DNA from: Octopus sinensis
Taxonomy: Eukaryota
Direction: 5' to 3'
Assembly: GCF_006345805.1 (NCBI RefSeq)
Contig: NC_043007.1
Coordinates: 28,210,001-28,274,000 of the forward strand
DNA length: 64,000 nucleotides
Below, piece after piece: positions 26,201-38,703 of the stretch. The notes beneath the pieces were generated by a model. The model was not told the DNA's origin and did no database searches. It saw only the letters and a list, made by a program, of their open reading frames with translations. A program made the position numbers and the translations under genes. The first letter of the stretch is position 1. Every line of letters starts with the position of its first letter.

Positions 26201-29200
26201 AATTGAACGTCATGTCATTTCGCGTCATTTAACGTCATGTCATTTAGCGTCATTTAACGTCATGTCATCTAACGTTTTTTAACGCTGTTTAACGACATGT
26301 CATGTAACGTCATTTAACTTTATGACATTTAACGTTAATTAACGTCATGTAATTTAACGTCATTTAACGTCATGTCATTTCACGTCATGGCATTTAACGT
26401 CGTTTTACGTCATTTAACGTCATGTTTTGTAACATCATTTAACATCATGTTATGTAACGTTATTTAACGTCATTTTACGTTATGTCATTCAACATCAGGT
26501 ACTTCAGCTCATTTAACGTCATGTAACGTCATTTAACGTCTTGTTATTTCAGGTCATTTAACGTTATTTAACGGCATTTTATTTAACGTCATGTCCTTTA
26601 ACTGCATTTAACGTCATGTATTGTAACGTCATGACATTTAACGTCATTTACTGTCATTCATCGTCATGTCATTTAACGTCATTTAACTACATGTCATTTA
26701 ACGTCATTTAATGTCATGTCATTTAACGTCATGTCATTTCACGTAATTTAACGTCATGTTATTTAACGTAATGTCATTCAACGTCATTTAACGTCATGTC
26801 ATTTAACGACATATAACGTCATTTCATTTAGCATCATTTAACGTCATGTCATTTAACGTCATTTAACGTAATATAACTTCATATCATTTAACGTCATTGA
26901 ACGTCATTTAACTTCATGTCATATAAAGTCATTTAACGTCATGTCATTTCACGTCATGTTATTTAACGTCATGTCATTCAACGTCATTTAACGACATATA
27001 ACGTCATTTCATTTAGCATCATTTAACGTCATGTCATTTAACGTCATGTCATTTAACGTCATGTCATTTAACGTAATATAACTTCATATCATTTAACGTC
27101 ATTGAACGTCATGTCATATAAAGTCATTTAACGTCATTCAACGTCATGTCATTTAACGTCATATAACGTCCTTTCATTTAACGACTTTTAGCCTCATGAC
27201 ATTTAACTTCATTTAGCGTCATGTCATTTAACGTCATGTCATTTAACATCATTTAACATCATTTTAAGTCATTTAACGTAATTTTTTCGTCATTTAACGT
27301 TTTGTCATTTAATGTCATGTCATTTAACGTCATATCATTTAACGTCTTGTCCTTTAAAGTTATTTAACGTCAGTTCACGTCATGTCACTTAACGTAATTT
27401 AACGTCATATCATTTAACGTCATGTCATTTAACGTTATGTCATTTTACGTCATTTAATGTCATGTCATTTAGCGTCATTTCACGTCATGTTATTTAACGA
27501 CATTTAACGTCATGTCATTAAAGGTCATGTAATTTAACGTCATGTCATTCAACTTTATTTAACGTCATGTCATTTAACGTTATTTAACGGCATGTCGTTT
27601 AACGTCATGTCATTTAACGTCATGACATTTAACGTCATGTCATTCAACGCCATGTCATTGAATGACATGTCATTTAACGTCAAGTCATTTAACGACATGT
27701 CATTTAACATAATATAACGTCACTTAACGTCGTGTCATTTAACGTCATTTCATTTAACGTCATGTCATATAACGTCATTTAAGGTAATGTCATTTAACAT
27801 CATTTCACGTCATATCATCTAACGTCATTTAACTTCATGTCATTTAGCACCATTTAACGTCATGTCATTTAGCGTCATTTAACGTTATTTACCGTCATTT
27901 AACGTAATGTCATTTAACGTTATTTAACGTCATTTAACGTTATATAATTTAACATCATTTAACGTAATATAATGACATGTCATTTAACGTCATGTCATTT
28001 ACTATCATTTAACGTACTTAATCGTCATTTAATGTCCTTTCGTTTAACGTTCTTTAACGACATGTCATTCAACTTTATTTAACGTCATGTCATTTAACGT
28101 TATTTAACGGCATGACATTTAACGTCATGTTATTTAACGTTTTTTAACATCATGTCATTCAACGTCATTTAACATCATGTCATTGAATGTCATGTCATTT
28201 AACGTCATTTAAAGTCATGTCATTTAACGTCACGTCATTCAACTTCATTTAACGTCATTTTAAGTCATTTAACGTCATCTCATTTAACATAATTTAACGT
28301 CAAGTCTTTTAACGTCATTTAACGTCATGTCATTTAGCGTCATTTAATGTCATGTCATTTAATGTCATGTCATTTAAAATTATTTAACGTCATTTCATTT
28401 AACGTCATTTAACAGCATGTCATCTAACGTCATTTAATGTCATGTCATTTAACGTCATGTCATTTAAAGTCATTTAACGCTATGTAACGTCATTTAACGT
28501 CATGTCATTTAACATCATTTAACGGAACATAACGTCATGTCATATAACGTCATTCAACGTCATGTCATTTAACGTCATTATTCGTCATGTCATTTAATGT
28601 AATTTCGCGTCATGTAATTTGACGTCAATTAACGTCATGTCATTTAATTACATTTAACGTAATTTCACGTCATTTGACGTCATGTCGTTCAACTTTATTT
28701 AACGTCATGTCATTTAACGTTTTTTAACGGCATGTCATTTAACATTAAACGTCATGTCATTTAATGTCATTTAACATCATATCATTCAACGTAATTTAAC
28801 GTCATGTCATTGAACGTCATGTCATTTAATGTCATGTCTTTTAAAGTCATTTAACAAGTCATTTAACGTCATGTCATTTAACATAATTTAACGTCATATC
28901 TTACGTCATTTAAAGTGATGTCATTTAACATAATTTAACACCATTTAACGTCAAGTCATTTAACGTCATGTCCTTTAATGTCATTTCATTTAACGTTATT
29001 TAACATCATATCATCAAAGGTCATTTAATGTCATGTCATTTAACATCATTTAACGTCATTTAACCTCATGTCATTTTACGTCATTTAACTTCATGTCATT
29101 TAACGTCTTTTAACGTCATGTCATTTCACGTGATTTTACCTCTCTTTATGTCATGTCACGTCATTTAACGTTATATTACGTCATTTAACGTAATATAACG

Positions 29201-32200
29201 TAATGTAATTTAACGTCATGTCATTTAACGTCATATCATTTACCATCATTTAACGTCATTAAACGTTATTTACCGTCATTTCACTTAATGTCATTCAGCG
29301 TCATGTCATTTAACGTCATTTAGTGTCATGTAATGTAACATCATGTCATTTAACGACATTTAACGTAATTTCACGTCATGTCATTTTAGGTTATTTAACG
29401 GCATGTCATTTAACATCATTTAACGTCATGTCATTGAACGTCATTTACCGTTATTTTACGTCATGTCATTGAACGTCACGTCATTTAACGCCATTTCATT
29501 GAACGTCACGTCATGTCATTTAACGTAATTTCACGTCATTTACTGTCATGTCATTCAACTTTATTTAACGTCATGTTATTGAACGTCACGTCATTTAACG
29601 TCATGTCATTGAACGTCACGTCATGTCTTTTAACGTCATGTTATTTAACATAATTTAACGTCATGTCATCTAACGTCATATCATTTAACGTCATTTCATT
29701 TAACGTCAAGTCATTTAACGTCATGTAATTTAAAGTAATTTAACGTCAAGTCATTTAATATCATTTGACGTCATTTAAGGTCATATCATCTAACGTCATT
29801 TAACTTCATGGCATTTAACATCATTTAAAGTCATGTAATTTCACGTCATGTAAAAAGTAATTTAACGTCTTGTCATTTAACATAATTTAACGTCATGTTA
29901 TTTAACTTCATTTTACGTCGTTTAACGTCATGTCATTTAACGTCATGTCATTTAGCGTCATGTCATTTAACGTTATTTAACGTCATTTAATGTCATGTCA
30001 TTTAACGTTATTTAAAGTCATGTCATTTAACATCATGTAAGTTAACGTCATTTATCGCCATTTACTGTCATGTCATTCAACTTTATTTAACGTCATGTTA
30101 TTGAACGTCACGTCATTTAACGTCATGTCATTGAACGTCACGTCATGTCTTTTAACGTCATGTTATTTAACATAATTTAACGTCATGTCATCTAACGTCA
30201 TATCATTTAACGTCATTTCATTTAACGTCAAGTCATTTAACGTCATGTAATTTAAAGTAATTTAACGTCAAGTCATTTAATATCATTTGACGTCATTTAA
30301 GGTCATATCATCTAACGTCATTTAACTTCATGGCATTTAACATCATTTAAAGTCATGTAATTTCACGTCATGTAAAAAGTCATTTAACATCTTGTCATTT
30401 AACATAATTTAACGTCATGTTATTTAACTTCATTTTACGTCATGTCATTTAACGTCATGTCATTTAGCGTCATGTCATTTAACGTTATTTAACGTCATTT
30501 AATGTCATGTCATTTAACGTTATTTAAAGTCATGTCATTTAACATCATGTAAGTTAACGTCATTTATCGCCATTTAACGTCATCTCATTTAAATTCATTT
30601 AACGTCATGTCATTTAACGTTATGTAACGTCATATAACTTCATGTCATTTAACGTCATTTAATTTAATGTCATTTAGCGTCATGTCTTTTAACATAATTC
30701 AACGTCATTTAGCGTCATGTCATTTAACGACATTTAACATTATTTAACGTCATGTCATTTAACGTCATGTTATTGAACGTCACGTCATTTAACGTCATGT
30801 CATTGAACGTCACGTCATGTCTTTTAACGTCATGTTATTTAACATAATTTAACGTCATGTCATCTAATGTCATTTCATTTAACGTCAAGTCATTTAACGT
30901 CATGTCATTTAAAGTAATTTAACGTCAAGTCATTTAATATCATTTGACGTCATTTAAGGTCATATCATCTAACATCATTTAACTTCATGGCATTTAACGT
31001 CATTTAAAGTCATGTCATTTCACGTCATGTAAAAAGTCATTTAACGTCTTGTCATTTAACATAATTTAACGTCGTTATTTAACCTCATTTTACGTCGTTT
31101 AACGTCATGTCATTTAGCGTCATGTCATTTAACGTCATTTAATGTCATGTCATTTAACGTTATTTAAAGTCATGTCATTTAACATCATGTAAGTTTAACG
31201 TCATTTATCGCCATTTAACGTCATCTCATTTAAATTCATTTAACGTCATGTCATTTAACGTTATGTAACGTCATATAACTTCATGTCATTTAACGTAATA
31301 TAACGTCATGTCATTTAACTTAATGTCATTTAGCGTCATGTCTTTTAACATAATTCAACGTCATTTAGCGTCATGTCATTTAACGACATTTAACATTATT
31401 TAACGTCATGTCATTTAACGTCCTTTAACGTTGTCATTTTACGTCATTTAACATCATGTCATTTAACGTTATTTAACGTCCTTTAACGTCATGTCATTCA
31501 ACGTCATTTCCCATATCATTTAACATCATATAACGTCATGTCATTTAACATTTAAAGTCATGTCATTTAACATCGTTTAATGTCATGTCCATAACGTCAT
31601 TTAAAGTCATGTCATTTAACGTAATTTAGCGTCATGTCATTTAACGTCATGCTATTTAACGTGATGTCATTTAACGTGATGTCATCTAACGTCATGTCAT
31701 TTAACCTCATGTAATTTAAAGTCATTTAACGTCGTTCAACGTCATGTCATTTGACATCATATCATTTAAAGTCATGTCACTAAATGTCATATCATTGGAC
31801 GTCATGTCATTTATCCTTATTTAACCTCATGTCATATTACGTCATGTAAAGTCATTTACCGTCATGTCATTTAATGTAATTTAACACCATGTCATTTAAC
31901 GTTTATCGTCATGTCATTTAACTTCACTTAACGTCATGTCATTTAAAATCATTTAATGTCGTGTCATTTTACTTCATTTAACGTAATATAACATCATGTC
32001 ATTTAACGTCATGTCATTTAACGTTGTTTATCATGTCATTTAACTTCAATTAACGTCATGTCATTTAAAATCATTTAACGTCGTGTCATTTTACTTCATT
32101 TAACATAATATAACATCATGTCGTTTAACGTCATGTTATTTAACATCATTTAACGTCATGTCATTTAATGTCATTTAGCGTCATGTCATTTACCTACATT

Positions 32201-33109
32201 TAACGTCATATCATATAACATCATGTCATTTACCGTCAGGTACGTTAACGTCATTCAAAGTAATTTAACGCCATGTCTTTTAATGTCATTTAACGTTATG
32301 TCATTTTACGGCATATAACATCATGTCATTTAACGTCATGTCATTTAACATCATATCATTTAACGTCATGTAATTTAACGTCATGTCATTTAACGTTATA
32401 TAACATCATGTCATTTAAAGTTATTTAACGTCATGTCATTTAACATCATGTCAGTTAACGTCATGTCATTGAACGTCCTTTAACGTCATGTCATTCAACA
32501 TCATTTCACATCATATGTCATTTAACGACATTTAAAGTCATGTCATTTAACGTCGTTTAATGTCATGTCCATAACGTCATTTAAATATTTTAACGTCATG
32601 CCATTTAACGTCATATCATTTTACGTCATGTCATTTAACGTGATGTCATTTAACGTCATGTCATTTAACCTCATGTCATTTAACCTTATGTAATTTAAAG
32701 TCATTTAACGTCGTGTCATTTAACATCATATCATTTAACGTCATATCATTGGACGTCATGTCATTTAACCTTGTCATTTTACGTCATGTAAAGTCATTTA
32801 CCGTCATGTCATTTAACGTTATTTATCGTCATGTCATTTAAAATCATTTAACGTCGTATCATTTTACTTCATTTAACGTGATATAACGTCATGTCATTTA
32901 ACGGCATGTTATTTAACATCATTTAGCGTTATGTCATGTGACTTAACGTCCTGTCATTTACCTACATTTAACGTCATATCAAAGAACATGTCGTTTACCT
33001 TCATGTTATTTAACCACATTTAACGTCATGTCATTAACGTTATTTAACGTCATGTCATTTAATATCATTTAACGTCATGTCATTTAACTTCATGTCATTT
33101 AACATCATG
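23259..33109. repeat. ~9.85 kb satellite built from the pentamers TTAAC and GTCAT (common motif TTAACGTCATGTCAT / TTAACGTCAT)
   Basis: Continuous 5-bp periodicity, mostly substitutions rather than indels, no ORFs in the track across the block. Confidence 0.97.
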
Positions 33110-33682
33110 GATATGGTGGACCTGCAGGTGATGAATATTGTAGATTTATGGATATGTTACTGCAGTGGTATATGCAGGTGACTAAGCCCCAGGATTACTT
33201 TGATATAGCAGATCTATGATCAAAGACTTCCAGCAGTGATCATACTATCTTTTATTCAGACATATTACATCTAAGACTACATTATGTAATGAGTTCTTCC
33301 TTCATAATGTTGTTTGACTCCAGGTCAGCCCTAATGAAGTAGGACTATAATTAAACAAGTTTCAGATATGTCCATCATGCTTTGTATATTTAATATTACA
33401 TTATTCAATGTATCCCATTTTAGGGAGATTTGGTTATTTCTAGTAGTTGAACAACCAAATAGATGGCCTCTTGTTGATTCATTTTTGCTCATATTGATAG
33501 AATAAAGAAAAGGTGTGAATATCACAACTTCCCATTCCTGCAGAACCTATCCAAGAATATTACATTAAAACAATAAAAATACATTCATTCTTAAAGAAAT
33601 TATTTGAAATCTGAACACTTTACTTTCTTGTTTTTTTTCTTTGTTAATTAAAGAGAGTTGTACTAATTACTTTATATTCCAG

Positions 33683-33819
33683 ACTTGAAACAACAACGAA
33701 AAGAGGCAATCGGCCCTTTATTTGGTTAGAAATGAGAACTGTTATGATCTCCCTTTGCATTCTTGCAACTGGTCTTGGTATAAGCCTTGTGGTAATTCTC
33801 AGCATGAAGAACCAGAAAG
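33683..33819 (+). CDS. Candidate internal exon of an unidentified single-pass membrane protein: LETTTKRGNRPFIWLEMRTVMISLCILATGLGISLVVILSMKNQK(G)
   Basis: Acceptor tactttatattccag, donor AAG|gtaagt, 137 bp, open frame with a ~20-aa hydrophobic stretch followed by KNQK. No flanking exons were confidently identified. Confidence 0.55.
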
Positions 33820-34739
33820 GTAAGTCAGAAGACATGAATATTAACAGGTTTTGTTACTTCATAGAAAAGGCAGAGTTACCACAATTCCAAGTTCAAATCT
33901 TACAGAGCTTGACTTTGTCTTTCATCCTTGTAATAGTTAGAATAAATCTCAAGGATATATTACAGATCAGTTCAATCAACAGCCATAACAAAAAGTGGCT
34001 TTATGTTGAATTAAAATCTATGTTGTTAATCCTATAACATTTAAACTGGCTAAATCAGGTTAATGATACGGCCACTTCTTAAAACTAGCCACAGTTGGTT
34101 TCATGAAATGGAACTGCCAATCTAGATGTATAAGATATCCAGATTGAAAACTGGCGGATAGCCATTTGCTTTAAATACAAACATCTATTCTTTATACTTT
34201 TTAAACTGAGATTGTAGGTTTTTAGCTGAATAAATAATCATATCATGAGCTACTGGTTGTGTGATTAAGACATTCACAATCACTTAGTTTTGACTACATA
34301 ATGTAGTCTTAGATGTGCAGTACTTTGAGCAAGTACATTTTACAATGGCTCTGGGCTGATCAAAGCCTCATGAGTAAATTTGTTGGTAAAAACTGAAAAG
34401 ATACTAGTACGTGTGTTTTGATAAAACATACCACTAAACATACTAATCATCATTATTTTACATCCACTTTCAATGCTGGCACGAGTTGGACAGGATTCAC
34501 CTGAGCTCTAATGTCTCAGTTTTCATTTCCAGTGGCCTAACGTGTAAAAATTTAGTCCAAAGACTATGTATTAGTCATAACATACAATGTACATTTAAAC
34601 ACATAAGGAATTCACTCGTGGGATTTAACACGCTAGAAAGAACAGCTAGGTTCTATAACCACAAAAATTAGGGATAAAATTTGATAGGAACAAAATGAAA
34701 AAATAAAAACATTTTACTATCAAGTTTCCTGGACCAATT

Positions 34740-34773
<34 letters not shown>

Positions 34774-34776
<3 letters not shown>

Positions 34777-35180
34777 TCATCATCATTGTTTAACGTCCGC
34801 TTTCCATGCTGGCATGGGTTGTACGGTTTGACTGAGGACTGGCAAGCCAGATGGCTGTACCAGGTTCCAATCTGATTTGGCAGAGTTTCTACAACTGGAT
34901 GCCCTTCCTAATGCCAACCACTCCGAGAGTGTAGTGGGTGCTTTTATGTGCCACTGGCACGAGGTCAGTCAGGTGGTACTGGCAATGGCCATACTCAAAT
35001 GGTGTTTTTACGTGCCACCTGCACAGGAGCCAGTCCAGTGGTACTGGCAACAACCTCGCTCAAATGTTGTCTTTTACATGCCACCAGTAAGGCGATGCTG
35101 GTAATGATCATGCTCGAATGGTGTTTTTTACATGTCACCGGCACAGGAGCCAGTCAGCAGCCCTGGCAACAATCACGCAT
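34774..35180 (-). mobile_element. RTE 3' UTR copy downstream of the Tuba-like stop codon
   Basis: catcatcatcattgtttaacgtccgctttccatgctggcatgggtt... plus several ~66-bp internal repeats. Confidence 0.85.
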
Positions 35181-35182
35181 AT

Positions 35183-35216
<34 letters not shown>

Positions 35217-35317
35217 CGTGTGTGTGTATGTGTGTGTGTGTGTATGTGTGTGTGTGAGAGTGAGAGAATTTTAATATGATTAATTATATATCAATAATGA
35301 ATGTAAACAATTATAAT

Positions 35318-35323
35318 TTTATT
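35318..35323 (-). promoter_or_regulatory. Candidate polyadenylation signal (AATAAA) of the Tuba-like gene
   Basis: tttatt on the + strand, ~55 nt past the stop codon. The region is AT-rich, so it could be chance. Confidence 0.35.
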
Positions 35324-35377
35324 ACTATAAATACAATTTTACAATTAATGATAGAAAGTATCTACATTGGTAATATC

Positions 35378-35590
35378 TTAGAAAAGTATTTCTTCAGTTT
35401 CCATGAAATTGATTGCTTTTTCCAAGCAGACAGCTGGACAGTATCCAACATTGTCACCTGTGTCAACTTCCCACCATTCAGTATTTCCATTTCCATCGTT
35501 CTTTGTAATGACTGTAACAAACTGTCCTTCATAGAGAGATACTTCTGGTTGGTTAGCGTGTGCATCATAAGGGATTTTTGCAAAGTAGAA
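35378..35590 (-). CDS. DNMBP: Tuba/DNMBP-family terminal exon, C-terminal SH3: FYFAKIPYDAHANQPEVSLYEGQFVTVITKNDGNGNTEWWEVDTGDNVGYCPAVCLEKAINFMETEEILF*
   Basis: Acceptor ctttcccctctctacag, TAA stop at 35378-35380. SH3 hallmarks present, and the D..GNTEWW signature is typical of the last SH3 of Tuba/DNMBP. Confidence 0.9.
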   Translation of the reverse strand, partial: FYFAKIPYDAHANQPEVSLYEGQFVTVITKNDGNGNTEWWEVDTGDNVGYCPAVCLEKAINFMETEEILF

Positions 35591-35878
35591 CTGTAGAGAG
35601 GGGAAAGACATCAAGAAATATTTTATTTACAACAATTAGTGTTAATATTTTTTTTAAAATGAATATAAATGTAGTGTTATAAAAATTTAAAGAGTCCTGC
35701 TTTCAAAGAACTGTAAAGCATTTAGAAAATTTTAAAATATATATATTTTACATTTTTCACTTCAAAAATGTTTAGGTAATATATCTTGCAGTAACTATTG
35801 TCAACTGGCTAACTTAACAGTGTCAATCCATTTGCTAGCTCCTATTGTATCCTCTATTAGCAATATGTTGTTGTCATT

Positions 35879-36336
35879 AAGGTGGCGAGCTGGCAGAAAA
35901 ATTAGCACACAGGGCGAAATGCCTAGCAGTATTTCGTCTGCCATTACGTTCTGAGTTCAAATTCTACTGAGGTTGCCTTTGCCTTTCATTCTTCTGGGGT
36001 CTATTAAATAAGTACCAATTATGCACTGGGATTGGTGTAATCGACTTAAAACCCTTTGTCTGTCCTTGTTTATCCCCTCTATCTTTAGCCCCCTGTAGGC
36101 AATAATGAAATATGTTGTTGGCATTAAGGTGGCGAGCTAGCAGAAATGTTAGCACGCTGGGCAAAATGCTTAGCAGTATTTTGTCTTTACATTCTGAGTT
36201 CAAATTCTGCTGAGGTCGACTTTGCCTTTCATCCTTTCAGAGTCAATAAATTAAGTACCAGTTGCATACTGGGGGTCAATCTAATCAACTGTCCCCATCC
36301 CCCAAAATTTCGGGCCTTGTGCCTAGAGTAGAAAAG
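35879..36336 (+). mobile_element. Two SINE A copies of different 3' subtypes separated and flanked by a 17-bp direct repeat
   Basis: aatatgttgttg(t/g/c)catt at 35862, 36109 and 36337. Confidence 0.9.
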
Positions 36337-37667
36337 AATATGTTGTTGCCATTGTTGTTGCCCAGGTTAGGGCTTTGGATGCAGACCTATGATCGAAAGC
36401 ATTCCAACCATTCCACCTTTATCAGCTTATATCATCCTTCCTTATTAGTTTTCTTCTACCTGTACATTCTGATCATGACCACAGTGCAGGTGATCAAGTC
36501 AGAATGCAGCAGTTACATATTATTGGTGATGTATATCCTAGCAGAATGTTTGGTTCTAATGAAGTTCCAACAATATGATGTGTCTCTATCCAAGACATTT
36601 TACTCACTCAAGCTACAAATAAATAATGTGACTAGATGCCACTCATCACCCATTAGCGGCACTAAATAACAATGGTGGTGACGGTGATATAGCTAATTGT
36701 ATTTAACTGAGAAGTATAGTTGTTTGCATCAATACCCACAAAAAGATGGAAAGCAAAGTGAATTGTGTTAAAACAACTTATGATTGTGGGAAGAAAGGAC
36801 AAAATACTCAAATAAAATTAAGCTAGCATTTTCTTTTACTTTGCTCTTCTAAAGTATTACAAATTGATAAGTGTTTTGATTACCTTATGTTCTGAAGTTA
36901 AATGTCACCAGGATATAAGATTTTGAGATGGGGAGGGGTGGGGGTTACAAGTGTTAGGATGTTGATAAAATCCAAAGTCATACTGGAATTAAATAAAAAT
37001 TAGTTTGAAAAAGTGGTGTGTGGGTGTAGTTCAAATCTTCTACTTGACAATGGATATTATAAAGTTTGAAGATTTGGATATTTGTATAGAAATTTTGTAA
37101 GGCTAAAATAAGCAAATAAAATCTTTTCTTTCCTTTATTAGTCTGGCTATTCATATTTAGATAATGAAAAGATGTTATATCTTTAATAAATGTCGGCAAA
37201 AATATCTCTTTTTCATTTGTATTGTCTCTGAATTTAAATTTGAAAACAGATATGCTGGTTGCAGTTAGAACACTTCCATTCTTACTAATGCAGCAAATAT
37301 TTCTGAATCCATAAAATATACAACTGGAAAATTTTAAAGAAATAATTGCTTCAATAAAAACAACCAGTTGGCCACAGCTAGAAGTTTCATTCTTACTTAT
37401 GTTTGATAACTGCATGAATAAATTCTGATTTTTTGGTGACCTGACCACTGAAATTTGCTTAATTTAGTGCCTCTTCAACAAAAAAACTACATCAAACTCT
37501 TTTGTTTTGGATTTGCCAAATTACTGATTTGGTCTGTGAAATAAAGAATACTAAGAAAATACAGACAACTTAGTAGTCAGGGCACTCAACTGATGGAATT
37601 GCATCTTAATACTATACCTCACTCACTTCTAGCTGTTACATTGTCTAACCAATAAAATATATTGTAT

Positions 37668-38110
37668 AAGGCAGTGAGTAGGCAGAAACGTTAGCATTTC
37701 AGGCGAAATACTGAGCGGTATTTCGTTTGTCATTATGTTCTGAGTTCAAATTCCACCGAGGTTGACTTTGCCTTTCATCCTTTTGGGGTCAATAAATTAA
37801 GTACCAGTTTCATACTGGGGTCAATCCAACTGACCGGCTCCCTCCCCCAAAATTTTGGGCCTTAAGCCTTGATAGAAAAGAATAATATATATTGTATAAG
37901 ATGGTGAGCTGGCAGAAACGTTAGCATGCAGGCGAAATGCTTAGCAGTATTTCGTCTGTCTTTATGTTCTGAGTTCAAATTCTGCTGAGGTTGACCTTGC
38001 CTTTCATTCTTTTAGGGTCAATAAATTAAGTACCACTTGCATACTGGGGTCAATCCTATCGACTGGTCCCTTCCCCAAAAATTTCAGGCCTTGTGCCTAG
38101 AGTAGAAAAA
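37668..38110 (+). mobile_element. Two head-to-tail SINE A copies with a shared flanking direct repeat
   Basis: atatattgtat at ~37657, ~37887 and ~38118. Confidence 0.9.
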
Positions 38111-38703
38111 AAATAATATATATTGTATGTACACTTGATTTTCAAGACCACTGTCTCTAAAATATTTTTGTTAAAGTAAGAAATTTTAACAGCTAGAAGT
38201 TAAAATTTTGTTTGATACTACTAAAAATATTTGTTGTAATGATTTTCATTACATCAAAACCCATATAACATTTTCATTAAGATTATAATCAGAAATTGAA
38301 ACTTAAACTTTGATCTATTGGTATTCATAATAATGAAATTTCATCTGTTAAATAATTTGGAATAAGACAAGTTACATACAATAAATGGCTTAATCAGAGA
38401 AGGAAGAGCAGTATCCATAACATTTTTGCAAAGAAAGATTCTTTGACTAGTAGTAGAAAGGGAGAAAGTTATCTCTGGGCTGGAAACTAGGTTCAAATAC
38501 TTGCAAATACTCAATAACCAACTGTGAAAATGGGTGAAGGAATAACTTTTGGATCAGGTGCTTTTTGTCCTGGATAATTATTAACTACTAGCATTATGAC
38601 CCATCGTTGCCAGGTAATAGTGCTAGTGCATGTATATATGTGTATATATATGTGTACATATTACATGTACATCTATATATACATCTACACATAAAATACA
38701 AAG

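Noticed and set aside
23259-33109. Telomeric or interstitial telomeric repeat, or a coding repeat
   Set aside because: It is not TTAGGG or TTAGG. TAA and TGA stops occur in all frames and there are no ORFs.
35879-35970. tRNA genes at SINE heads
   Set aside because: Box A and box B are present, but there is no cloverleaf, and each continues into a SINE body seen many times in the window.
36978-37448. 156-aa minus-strand ORF as an extra Tuba exon
   Set aside because: No similarity to the family, and the gene model is already phase-complete without it. A minor alternative exon at 37395-37446 cannot be excluded.
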